From NCBI GenBank assembly GCA_964187785.1, contig OZ076409.1, positions 81,034,001-81,098,000 on the forward strand: a stretch of DNA of 64,000 nucleotides, given 5' to 3'. Shown one piece after another: positions 1 to 12,600 of this stretch; position 1 is the first letter of the stretch; each line of letters opens with the position of its first letter. The position numbers and the translations under genes are program-made. The notes below the pieces were generated by a model. It made no database searches. It worked only from the letters and a program-made list of their open reading frames with translations, and was not told where the DNA came from. Origin of the DNA: Amphiscolops sp. MND2022 (taxonomy: Eukaryota).

Positions 1-1268
1 AGATGTTTCTTCTAAAAAGCCTACTGGATACCCAGTTCTGTCGTTGTTGAAAGTTTACACCATTCTAATCTTCGAAATAGCTCGAAAATATTTCTACAAA
101 AACTGCAGAAAAAACGTTTAAAAGTTTTGTTTTGGGTCATTCCGCAGTTTTCAGTTTTCGTCCTACGTGGGAAACTGCAATAACATTTTTCTTTCGAGGG
201 CGTTCTGCATAGATAATGATTTTGTTTGGAGCTTTTCGATTATTCAAGTCTCACAAAATAGGTTGAAAAAAAATTTTACGTTTTTGAGAAGGTTTTCAAG
301 ATTTTCAAGAAAAACCATTCCTAGGTCTTTTTGAAACACTACCAGTAGCTATTTTTTTCAATTCTGAGCCTAAGGATTTTCTAGTTGAATGGAATCTTGA
401 AAAAAAGTCCAAAATTGCGATTATGTTGTCGAAAACTGAGAAAAATCGGATTTTTCGTGAGCTTTGTTGTGAAATTCGAGGAATTATTCCTCATTTTCTT
501 TCTCAAATTGTGTTTTGAATACCCTATTGTTTCAACGTTCTGGTCAATGGAAGTTCTTTCCTACATTTTTTTTTGGTTTTGTATTTTCAATATTCCTGCA
601 GGTTATCGACAAGCTAGTATTCTTTAAATTTACTGTTCTTAATTTAGTTTTCTAAAAATTTTTCGGACCATGTCATCTATTTTCCCCCAAGCTGCGGCGG
701 GGGGAAACAAGACACAAGGTGCAAATACCATTATGTCGACATCGTTTGCGTTGAAACTTTGGTTCAATAAAATAATTGATGTCGATAAAATCCCATTCAT
801 TACATTGACTGTCAGTTAAATGTTGCTCATTAGATTTTATAGTGGGCAAATTTTGCGCTGAAATAGGGGCCTCTTTATACAATCTTAGCTTCTTCCAAAC
901 CTGAATTACTGCTATTTTGGACAATATTATCATAAAATTACAATCCTCTGAGTGTTTACACTCATATAATTTTCTCTTATCAGTGAAATATTTTTATTTC
1001 AGAACAAAATGTGTTTTCGTGTTGGATTCCCAACAAGGTGTACCTGGGGGTTAGGTCTGTAATAGATGACATGGTCCAAGTTTTTGCATTGTTCGTGGTT
1101 GCCCGGGTAGACCTGACATGAAGTTTTTACAAGAATTCCATATTGGGACCCTATAAAAGAATTTATGAATTTTTTGAATATGTTACAATCATTATATGAA
1201 TTGCATATTTTCGTATTTGATCATTGTAAGACTTGAAAGGATTCCATTCATCCTGACAGTAAAGCCAG
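1..1268. repeat. Partial upstream copy of the tandem unit (matches 1840-3110 and ~9862-11140)
   Basis: Position 1 agatgtttcttctaaaaagcc recurs at 1840; similarity continues to ...cattcatcctgacagtaaagcc at ~1268/3110. Confidence 0.9.
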
Positions 1269-1269
1269 T

Positions 1270-1640
1270 AAAAAATCGAGGAAATGGATGAGGCAAATAA
1301 ATTTCAAAGAGACACTTTCGGTCCCGTTATTACTTGAAACATTGAAAAAATTCAGTAAAGCAGTGGATTCGAACGCCCGCACACCTGCTTCTCAGTGAGC
1401 AGGCACGCGCGGTAACAACATGGTCGTGAGAAAAATTTTCCGTTCTTCTGCGTTTTTTGGTAGTTTCATGCAAACAATGTTGGAAACGTTTTTTACACAA
1501 GACACTCGCTGACAAGCGATAAAATTTCGGCACCAAACTGTTGTACAAAGACATATTTATGAGGCTCAAGAGTAGCCAATGCACTTTGAAAATGCAAGGA
1601 AACTCAAAGAAAAGAAAGTTTTGATTTCTCTTAGCCCATT
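1270..1640. repeat. Copy of segment ~8683-9055 joined to the partial unit by internal deletions
   Basis: aaaaatcgaggaaa...tttcggtcccgttatt...gaggctcaagagtagccaatgcactttgaaaatg is present at both places. Confidence 0.85.
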
Positions 1641-1649
1641 TTTATTTTA

Positions 1650-4600
1650 ATGAAAACACCTTTTTTATATAGCTAAGCACCTAAATGTTTTGTTGTTAAA
1701 CTATGTGGATACAGGTAAGTAACATACCAAATTTTTATACTTTTGCGCTTAATGTCACCAAAAATGTCAAAAATTGGGAATTTTGATAATTTCGACAACT
1801 TTGGGGTCAATGTGAGGAAGGTTCCCAACAAGAAACTACAGATGTTTCTTCTAAAAAGCCTACTGGATACCCAGTTCTGTCGTTGTTGAAAGTTTACACC
1901 ATTCTAATCTTCGAAATAGCTCGAAAATGTTTTTACAAAAACTGCCGAAAAAACGTTTAAAAGTTTTGTTTTTGGGTCATTCCGCAGTTTTTAGTTTTCG
2001 TCCTACGTGGGAAACTGCAATAACATTTTTCTTTCGAGGGCGTTCTGCATAGATAATGATTTTGTTTGGAGCTTTTCGAATATTCATATCTCACAAAATA
2101 GGTTGAAAAAGAATTTTACGTTTTTGAGAAGGTTTTCAAGATTTTCAAGAAAAACCAATCCTAGGTCTTTTTGAAACACTACCAGTAGCTATTTTTTTTT
2201 TCAATTCTGAGCCTAAGGATTTCCTAGTTGAAGGGAATCTTGAAAAAAAGTCCAAAATTGCGATTATGTTGTCGAAAACTGAGAAAAATCGGATTTTTCG
2301 TCAGCTTTGCTGTGAAATTCGAGGAATTATTCCTCATTTTCTTTCTCAAATTGTGTTTTGAGTACCCTATTGTTTCAACGTTCTGGTCAATGGAAGTTCT
2401 TTTCTACAATTATTTTTTGGTTATGTATTTTCAATATTCCTGCAGGTTACCGACAAGCTAGTATTCTTTAAACTTACTGTTCTTAATTTTGTTTCTCTAA
2501 AAATTTTTCGGACCATGTCATCTATTTTCCCCCAAGCTGGGAAATAAGACACAAGGTGCAAATACCATTATGTCGACATCGTTTGCGTTGAAACTTTGGT
2601 CCAATAAAATAATTGATGTCGATATAATCCCATTCATTACATTGGCTGTCAGTTAAAAGTTGCTCATTAGATTTTATAGCGGGCAAAATTTGCGCTGAAA
2701 TAGGGGCCTCTTTATACAATTTTAGTTTCTTCCAAACCTGAATTACTGCTATTTTGGACAATAATATCATAAAATTACAATCCTCTGAGTATTTACATTC
2801 ATATAATTTTCTCTTATCAGTGAAATATTTTTTATTTAAGAACAAAATGTGCTTTCGTGTTGGATTCCCAACAAGGTGTACCTGGGGGGGGGGGGTTAGG
2901 TCTGTAATAGATGACATGGTCCAAGTTTTTGCATTGTTCGTGGTTGCCCGGGTAGACCTGACATGATGTTTTTACAAGGTTTCCATATTGGGACCCTATA
3001 AATGAATTTATGAATTTTTTGAGTATGTTACAATCATTATATGAATTTCATATTTTCGTATTTGATCATTGTAAGACTTGAAAGGATTCCATTCATCCTG
3101 ACAGTAAAGCCTACTTTATTTCAGGTACCTTACCTCAATGCTCAAATTGTAATGGCATGCGGTTGTATAGGGTGACGGTATAAACCGCGATCGCGATCAT
3201 TTGACCTTGAGTTTCAACAACAGTAACAGTGAAGTGATTTGCATACGCAGTTTATATAGTTGTCACAAAAAGGATCAACCACTTAATCGCTTAGCATTGA
3301 CTCTTCAGTTCCAGCCAAGCCAAATTTTTCAGTGAGGTTTGTTGGCCTTTCGAGATTATTCATGGATGTGATGGTACGGTTTGCCAGAAATTTTTGGTAC
3401 AAATTGGCACTTCGGTTGAATAGTAGTCAATAAATTCGCCAAGGTCTGCGTTAATTGACTACGTTGTGCTAGTTGCTATTACATAATTTGCCATGCACGG
3501 AAAATGGAGCATGAAAATAGTATGGGCATAGTACGGTTTGTATTGAATCCTAATGTTCTATGGTCTTCTCAAAGTGGTTTACTTTTTTTTCCTTTTTTCC
3601 TTTTTTTTTCTCAGATGCCATACTGAAGGTCCCGTTTCCTACAGACTTTTGCTGTTTTCAGCTTAGTATCTAAAAAGTAAGTATTCAAGGCTCCCCTTTC
3701 AGCCTAATTTAAGACTTCCCACGTTTTACAAAAATAGATTATTTTAAGAGGTCCACTTCTATTTTTTCATGAATGATTTTTTCAATTTGTTTGTTTCAAC
3801 GAAAACCCTCCCCAAATTTTTGTTCCGATGAGATCTTTGAATTACCGAGGAAATGTGGCTCTCAAGGATGTTGAGTTAGAATTAAAACTATTTACCCTCC
3901 AGATTAAAATAATTTCTAAGACCCAAAATAGTCCAAGATTTTACCGAAAGTGTTGAAATTTTATCATGGAACGCGGCGTTGGTTCTTAGTATTAGTTAAT
4001 CCTGTTTAGAACCGAGTAAAAAGCTTTCATGTTTTCCCGATGTGGGCGTTTACTAATTTGACCGTCAAAGTTGATTACCGCACGACTAGTAGACTAGTGA
4101 CTTTCCACTGTCCTTTCTGTCAACCAATTGAAGATTTTTCAATTAGTTAAAAATTCGTTAACCGGTCAATTGGTTATCCGGTTAATTGATCCACGCTCTA
4201 CCTTGAGCATATTCGAACGACTTCGCACTTTTAGAGCATTTCCCTATTTCGGCACTGTTAGCACAGTTAAAAAACTTAGTTGTTCGAAATGCTTTCATGT
4301 CACAAAAATTCATGTATTTGACAGAGCACTCAGACAATGAAGACTTTTCATTTGAAGTTATTTTTCAACCATTTTTGGTTCGTTGAAAATGATTTGTGCA
4401 GTAAATTTAAAAAAATTCTTTTTCCATCTTGTAACCCCCCCCCCCCCCAAAAAAAAAAAAACGAGTTGTCGATGTTAAAATCGAAATTTAGTCCAATCGA
4501 ATGCTGAGTCCGAATGAACAATCGCAACAATTGTGAATACTGAGAGATGAGCAAACACAACTTTTAAAAAAAATAATAAGTTCTTCGAAGAAATCAAATT

Positions 4601-7176
4601 ATTGCAGTGCCGCTGCACATCTTGTACAAAATTAATGGCGAAAGATGTTGTCAAAGTCAAAGAGAGCATATGCATTAATTGCGTTAATCAATCTTAATTA
4701 TGTATTCCCACACCTCGTCTAGAAAGCGGTTCTTTATGAAACTCCAAGACTCCAGAGAATCATTATATGATTTTTACACCCTCTTTGGCAGATGTTATGA
4801 GCAATATAAACCGGTTTATGGCCATAAGCAATTTTGTAATTAGACTTTGGCGCGAAAAGAACACGCAATAGCTGTTGCGGTCATTCGTAAGATAGGGAAG
4901 AATTTTCGAAAAATTTTGCATTTGCGACAAGTTTTAACATAATTGGATTTGAATTTAAATTAAATAAATAAAATTTAAATTAGGCTATGGAGTTGCGTGT
5001 TTTAAAACACCACTGTCTTTGATCATTTTTTGCACATATTCCATGTGAGAAAGAAAAATTACCAATTTTTTTCCAAAAGTTGACAGGTCTAAGGTCTTCT
5101 GAAATTAGAAGTGTTCTACTATAGAATTCAACTGACATTAACTTATAAATTCGTGCGTACTGTAAAGAGTTTTGTACTTTTTTTGGTTATGACCAAAATG
5201 ACACCAAAATTACCACAAAATGACACCAAAATAATCAAAAATTTCCAAAAGCTTTCTATTTTACAACTTTTAATGCAGTTTTTGTAGAGTTTTCGATTTT
5301 GAAGGTTAGATTATACAAAAAATTCAATTATGAAAAAACAGTTATTAATACAGGACGTTTTTTGAAAACAACTCCGATTAGTTTTATTTAAAAAGTGTCT
5401 CAAAATGATCCCAATTTGCCTAGGGACTTTCCAAAATGTGACATTTTTGGTTTTTTTGTGAACCATTTTTGATGTTTCGAAAGGCCAGGTCGTCCCGCGA
5501 GTTCAACAACGAACCAGCTGTCTATTCCATATGCTGGTTCGAAGAACAATGCAATTTTTAGTTGAAGAAATGCCTTAACATTACTCGAAGAATGTTAGAA
5601 GTTGACCTTTTGACTACTTCATACAATATTTGTAATATTTTTGAAAATTTCGAAAGATTCAATCATTCACAGAGTTCGACGACGAAACAATCATCTTGTT
5701 CGCTCTTACGATGAACAATTTGGAGTCTAGATGAAGGTGCCTTAAAGACAACAAAAAATTTCGTATTTTTGACTAAAAGGTAGCTTTTTTGTAGTTTTTG
5801 AATTCTTATAAGGTTCAGAAGAGAAGAAAAAAGAAGAAAGTTGATTTCCCCAATTATGCGGGGCGGGCGCTATGCTTTACTTTCCTAAGTCGGCTCCCTT
5901 TTTCGGGCACTATCTCCTCATAGCAAGCCAATTTAACATCTTTGCCCACAAGTGGCCAAACTGTGGTTTCAAAGTGACCTGCTCAAAGTCTGACTGCTCA
6001 CAGTTGCTCTTTTTGTCATTGATCACTAAGCTAGAGATGAAATACTTGCTTAAGGTCCAACAATGATGATTTGAGAGTGTTTTGAACCTGATACCGCCCT
6101 AGTACAGGTCGAATGCTCTATGGACATTAATAGAGACATTAATTTTGAGACATTAATAGCAAATATGGTACTATAGCTTGCAATGGGAAGATAGTATCCG
6201 AAAATGGACACCGACTTAGAACATAGAACAGCGTAATAAGTGTGAGCATGTTGTAGTAGTTATAATTATAACAACTACACCACGCTCACACCTAATAAGC
6301 TGTTCTATTTTTCTAAGTCGGTGCCCATTTTTGCATGCCCATGTTTTCCGATATTCTTTTGTTTTTATAGGTTTCAATATCCATTCAGTACAGTCTTGGA
6401 TACAAAGCATTTTTAGGCGTAACATGTCACAAAATGAATGATCTTTCAACAGATAACTAAAATTCTTCTGTTTTTACACTAATATTGGATTGCCACACTG
6501 TACAACCTTTTTGGCGTTCTTCTGAACGGACTGACCCCGAAAACCAAATTCCACAAAAATTGCGTATTCCAAAATAAGTTATTAAGTATAGCCTTAAAGC
6601 TTCCCATCAGGACCAGCGTTTCGGAAAAATTCAAAGATCTGAAAATTGGAACAGTATTTGAGTACCATGTCTACGAGATTCTCAAGTTTTCGCTTAAGCA
6701 GATACGAAGTGGTTTGAAACTCATGGCATTGGAACTCAAAACAAAAAACAAGAAATAGAAGTCTAAACATTTGGAATCTCCCTACAGAAAAAGATAGGCT
6801 TCGTGTGCAATAATACTCATCAATACCTCGCGCAAGTGAGTGTTTTACCTACTGACGAATTGATATGCAAAATGGACAATTTTTTTTCCAAAATTTCTAC
6901 CACCAAGTTGCAGATCTTTCCGTTTTTGATAATGGTGAATTAATTGAACTCATTTACAATAAAAAGTTTTTTGCTGGATAGATAGAAACTGTTGATTAAT
7001 AGTCGATCTCTAACACACTCAAAAAAGTAAAAAACAATGAATACAAAAAACTGTTTCAAAAGGTTTCTCTCGAAAAAAGCCTCAGTGCTTATGAGAAGCC
7101 TTTTCAGGGGCTATATTAATTTTACGTTTGTACTTGTATGTTTAAATTTCTATACAATTTTATATATATCTAAATA
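1650..7176. repeat. Tandem segmental duplication, copy A (period ~8.0 kb)
   Basis: Collinear with 9672-15188 from taatgaaaacacctttt to the TA-rich end; the same short ORFs recur (5872/13880, 6216/14147). Confidence 0.95.
5868..6330. repeat. Degenerate inverted repeat, MITE-like foldback (second copy ~13876-14340)
   Basis: ctaagtcggctcccttttcgggcactatctcctcatagcaagc (~5884) vs the reverse complement of ~6175-6226, ctaagtcggtgtccattttcggatactatcttcccattgcaagc; a third direct copy of the core at ~6311. Confidence 0.55.
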
Positions 7177-7236
7177 TATGAAAAATTAACCTTTTTGCGA
7201 AGACGTGATGACATGAGTTTTGGTGCTTCTTACTTG

Positions 7237-7397
7237 AGTACCTACTTTTTTGGTGCTTCAACTCCAGACATTTTGCCCACTTTCATCCCAAAAAGCATCT
7301 ACATTGTCATGGCAAGCGTTGCATAGAGTACCTATTTTTTGGTGCTTCAACTTCAGATATTTTGCGCATTTTTCTCCCAAAAAGCATCTACATTGGA
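7237..7397. repeat. Two-unit direct repeat, ~90-bp period
   Basis: gagtacctactttttggtgcttcaac...cccaaaaagcatctacattg occurs twice. Confidence 0.85.
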
Positions 7398-8389
7398 GTT
7401 CCAAGACTACTGATATTTTGTAGACAGGTCCAAAATTTGCATTTTTTCATTTGCCAATCCTTGCCTCGCTTTCAGGAAATACAACAGAAATCAGCGGAGA
7501 TTTGAATTTGGAAATTTGAATATTACTCCATTCGCGGCGCAACAGTTATTCGAGAAGTTGTAGGTTTGAATCGCTGATGAAATGCGTGACATCTCAATTT
7601 ATTTCACGCTTTGTTCAATTTGTTTTTGCGATTAGGAAATATGATAATTAAGCAATCGGCGCGGCGGCCGGCAGAACCCAGAATTTCCAATTACCACGTC
7701 TGCTAACAATAGCTTGAGGCAAGGGGATGAAATTGCGTCCAACTGAGGAATAAAAGCGCATTCTACGGCAGCAAATTCACTTGCATCGCCCTATTTTTGT
7801 CAGGCAGCCATGTGAATTCACCACCAGCTAACAACCAACAGTTTGCTTCTCATCCAAATATTTTTTGTTGCCATCTTATTTCACCTCCCTCACATTTTGC
7901 AATGGACGACCAACGACAATGCATCATGCACGTTAGTAAATATTTTCCATGTTTTTTTCTCGAAATTTGAATCTAAACATCAACTTGCTGAAAATCATGC
8001 TGGTTTTATTATACGTTCAAAGAAATGAAACTTTCAACTTTCAACTTGAACCCTACAAGACCATATAGAGGAATGGGAAAATTTGGGACATGTGGGTTGG
8101 TTATTGTGCTGAGAGAAGTCCTGATTACCTAATTAGCCTTTTCACAAAAACAGGAAAAACGAGAGGCGTATTGGGGCTGCAATGTTTTCCGTCAAGTGCT
8201 ACAACAATTGTTTGAAGAAGAAAAAGTGATGGAATAATCTTCATTAGAAATACCTCAACAGATCTGAAAAAAATTCATGCATGTAGAATTCCAAAATAGC
8301 AATTTAAAAAAGTATTTCCACCTCCTTTTTCATGGCGAAAACCTAAGTGAAAAAAACGTCAAAAATTCGAATTTATCATGGTTCAACTT

Positions 8390-9671
8390 GAAATAAACTG
8401 AAGTCGGCCCAAGTTGGCGCCCGAATAATACACAAGAAGAGTCAAGTCTTTTAAATATGTTTAAAACAAATTTCGCGAAAACTGTAAACACTCACACAGT
8501 TTTGAAAAAATAACCAAACATATAACCCTTGGGACTCGGAAAACGCTTTTGCTTAACTGATAACAACGAAATAGTCAAATTTGTTAGAGGAATTTCTTGC
8601 GAAGTGCTGCAAAACATAGGCTCGCAAAACGCTTTTTCCTTGCTAAAAACTTTAAAAAATATGGGAGCCTCTTCGCAGAGTAAAAAAAATCGAGGAAACT
8701 GCACGAGGCAAATAAATCTCAAAGAAACACTTTCGGTCCCGTTATTATTTGCAACATTGAAAAAATTCAGTAAAGCAGTGGATTCGAACGCACGCACACC
8801 TGCTTCTCAGTGAGCAGGCACACGCGGTAACAACATGGCCGTGAGACAAAAATTCCGTTCTTCTGCGTTTTTCGGTATTTTCATGCAAACAATATTGGAA
8901 ACATTTTTTACACAAGACACCCGCTGACAAGCGATAAAAATTCGGCCCCAAGCTGTTGTACAAAGACATATTTATGAGGCTCAAGAGTAGCCAATGCACT
9001 TTGAAAATGGAAGGAAACTCAAAGAAAAGAAAGTATTGATTTCTCCTACCCCATTTTTAGTCGGCACCTTTTCCTTTAAGGAAAAAAGCCCGACTTTTAC
9101 AGTGGCTAGTTTTTTTCTTTTTTTTTCGTCAGAACACAGAGCTCATCGCGTATGTGCCACTTTTTACAGAAACTGATAAGACTACTCAGGCCAAGTCAGG
9201 CCAATGGAAACTTAGTGCAAAGGGTCCCCCCTTTCATTTTTTACCTTTTTTACATAACCTACAAAACCGGAAGAGACCAAAGGGTCCCCCTTTCAATTTT
9301 TTTCGGCACTGTGCGAAATTTTTTTTCGAAAATTTTTCAAGGTCTCAAAAGAGTCCCCCTTCGAGTTTTTTGATATTTTGCAACAGAATGTATGTTAATG
9401 AATCCCAAAAAGTCCCCCCTTTTCATTTTTCGGCACTATGCGACATTTTCGAAGTTTTTTTCAAAAAAAAATTTCCAAAAAAATTTTCAAATTTTATTTT
9501 GTTCCCAGTCGGGAAACAGATTTTCCAGTCATATCGAGCATGAAAGGCACACTTTGGGTGTCTCGAAAGTGTTTTCAAAGCTTTTCATGAATACGTCCTT
9601 AGCATATTTAGAAATCTTTGCGCTTCTTGAGCCTTAGATATAGCGCCGATTTCAGACGTTCTCGTCTTGGT
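8390..9671. repeat. Composite AT-rich interspersed repeat (non-autonomous element-like) with cggcactgtgcga / aagggtccccctttc subrepeats
   Basis: The same subrepeats recur at ~26980-27600, 32080-32480, 36780-37150 and 38900-39600; conserved end gcgcttcttgagccttagatatagcgccga at ~9620, ~27550, ~37098. Confidence 0.65.
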
Positions 9672-12600
9672 AATGAAAACACCTTTTTTCATATAGCTAA
9701 GCACCTAATTGTTTTGTTGTTAAACTATGTTGATACAGGTAAGTAACATACCAAATTTTTTTACTTCTGTGCATAATGTCAGCAAAATTGTCAAAAATTG
9801 GGAAATTTGATAATTTCGACAACTTGGGTCAATGTGAGGAAGGTTCCCAACAAGAAACTACAGATGTTTTTTCTAAAAAGCCTACTGGGTACCCAGTTAT
9901 GTCGTTGTTGAATGTTTACACCATTCTAATCTTCGAAATAGATCGAAATTTGTTTTCACAAAAAACTGCAGAAAAAACGTTAAAAATTTTCATTTTGGGT
10001 CATTCCGCAGTTTTCAGTTTTCGTCCTACGTGGGAAAAAGCAAAAACATTCTCGTTTCGAGGGCGTTCTGCATAGAAAATGATTTTGTTTAGAGCTTTTC
10101 TAATATTCAAGTCTCACAAAATAGGTTGAAAAAAACTTTTAACGTTTTCGAGAAAGTTTTCAAGATTTTCAAGAAGAACCATCCTAGATCTTTTTGAAAC
10201 ACTACCAGTAGCTACTTGTTTCAATCGTGAGCCAAGGGATTTCCTAGTTGAAGGGAACGTTGGAAAAAGGTCCAAATTTGCGATTATGTTGTCGAAAACT
10301 GAGAAAACTCGAATTTTTCGTAAGCTTTGTTGTGAAATTCGAGGAGTTATTTCTCATTTTCTTTCTCAAATTGAGTTTTGAATGCCCTATTGTTTCAAAT
10401 GTTCTGGTCAATGGACGTTCTTTTCTACAAAATTTTTGTGGTTTTGTATTTTCAATATCCCTGCAGATTAGCGACAAGCTAATATTTTTTAAATTTACTG
10501 TTCTTAATTTAGTTTCTCTAAAAATTTTTTGGACATGTTATCTATTTTCCCCCAAGCTGCGGCGGGGGAAATAAGACACAAGGTTCAAATACCATTATGT
10601 CGACATCGTTTGTGTTGAAATTTTGGTCCAATAAAATAATTGATGTCGATATAATCCCATCCATTACATTGACTGTCAGTTAAAAGTTGCTCATTAGATT
10701 TTATAGCGGACAAAATTTGCGCTGAAATAGGGGCCTTTTTATACAACTTCAGCTTCTTCCAAACCTGAATTACTGCTATTTTGGACAATAATATCAAAAA
10801 ATTACAATTCTATGAGTATTTACATTCATATAATATTCTCTTGTCAGTGAAATATTTTTATTCAAGAACAAAATATGCTTTCGTGTTGGATTCCCAACAA
10901 GGTGTACCTGGGGGGTAGGTCTGTAATAGATGACATGGTCCAAGTTTTTGCATTGTTTGTGGTTGCCCGGGTAGACCTGTTATGAAGTTTTTACAAGGTT
11001 TCCATATTGGGACCCCATAAATGAATTTATGAATTTTTTGAGTATGTTACAATCATTGTATAAATTTTCGTATATTGACTTTCATATTTTCGTATTTGAT
11101 CATTGTAAGGCTTGAAAGGAATCCATTCATCCTGACAGTAAAGCCTACTTTATTTCAGGTACCTTACCCCAATGCTCAAATTGTAATGACATGCGGGTGT
11201 ATAGGCTGACGGTATAACCGGCGATCACGATCATTTGACCTTGAGTTTCAACAACAGTAACTGTGAAGTGATTTGCATACGCAGTTTATATAGTTGTCAC
11301 AAAAGGGATCAACCACTTAATCGCTTAGCATTGACTCTTCAGTTCCAGCCAAGCCAAATTTTACAGTGAGGTTTGTTGGCCTTTCCAGATTATTCATGGA
11401 TGTGATGGTACGGTTTGCCAGAAAAGGTGATTTCGACATGTTTTCAAATTTTTGGTACAAATTGGCACTTCGGTTGAATAGTAGTCAATAAATTCGCCAA
11501 GGTCTGTGTTAATTGACTACGTTGTGCTGGCTGCTATTACATAATTTGCTATGCACGGAAAATGTGTTCCAAAAAAAGAGCATGAAAATAGTATGGGCAT
11601 AGTAAGGTTTGTATTGACTCCTAATGTTCTATAGTCTTCTCAAAGTGTTTTACTTTTTTTTCCTTTTTTTCCTTTTTTTTCTCAGATGCCATACTGAAGG
11701 TCCCGTTTCCTACAGACTTTTGCTGTTTTCAGCTTAGTATCTAAAAAGTAAGTATTCAAGGCTCCCCTTTTAGCCTAATTTAAGACTTCCCACATTTTAC
11801 AAAAATAGGTTATTTTAAGAGGTCCACTTCTATTTTTTCATGAATGATTTTTTCAATTTGTTTGTTTCAACGAAAACCCTCCCCAAATTTTTTCTTCCGA
11901 TGAGATCTTCGAATTTCCGAGGAAAAGTGGCTCTCAAGGAAGTTGAGTTAGAATCAAAACTATTTACCCTTCAGATTAAAATAATTTCTGAGACCCAAAA
12001 TAGTCGAAGATTTTACCGAAAGTGTTGAAATTTTATCATGGAACGGCACTGGTTCTTAGTATTAGTTAATCCTGTTTAGAACCGAGTAAAAAAGCTTTCA
12101 TGTTTTCCCGATGTGAAGGGCGTCTACTATTCGTGCGGTAATCAAATTTGATTTTCCACTGTCCTTTCTGTCAAACAATTGAAGTTTTTTTCAATTAGGT
12201 AAAAATTCGTTAACCGGTCAATTGGTTATCGAGTTAATTGATCCACGCTCTACCTTGAGCATATTCTAACAACTTCACACTTTTAGAGCATTTCACTATT
12301 TCAGCACTGTTAGCATAAAAACTTAGTTGTTCGAAATGCTTTCATGTCACAAAAATTCATGTATTTGACAGAGCATTCAGACAATGAAGGCTTTTCATTT
12401 GAAGTTATTTTTCAAACATTTTTGGTTCGTTGAAAATGATTTGTGCAGTAAATTTAAAAAATTCTTTTTCCATCTTGTACCCCCCAAAATCGAAATTTAG
12501 TCCAATCGAATGCTGAGTCCGAATGAACAATCGCAACAATTGTGAATACTGAGAGATGAGCAAACACAATTTTTTAAAAAATAACAAGTTCTTCGAAGAA

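Noticed and set aside
1672-1720. Possible micro-exon KHLNVLLLNYVDT followed by gtaagt (LRR-like)
   Set aside because: Too short; no in-frame neighbouring exons could be assembled
385-2966. Repeated 60-130-aa ORFs in the tandem array
   Set aside because: Phe/Lys/Leu-rich products expected from AT-rich repeats; lengths and frames vary between copies
3615-3683. Good acceptor/donor pair (tctcag...gtaagt) around a ~63-nt segment
   Set aside because: Stops in all three frames; at most non-coding, and unsupported without transcripts
8415-8425. TGGCGCCCGAA resembling a tRNA-Lys PBS
   Set aside because: It sits in ggcccaagttggcgcc, which matches the reversed conserved end of the local interspersed repeat; there is no LTR terminus or retro-ORF next to it
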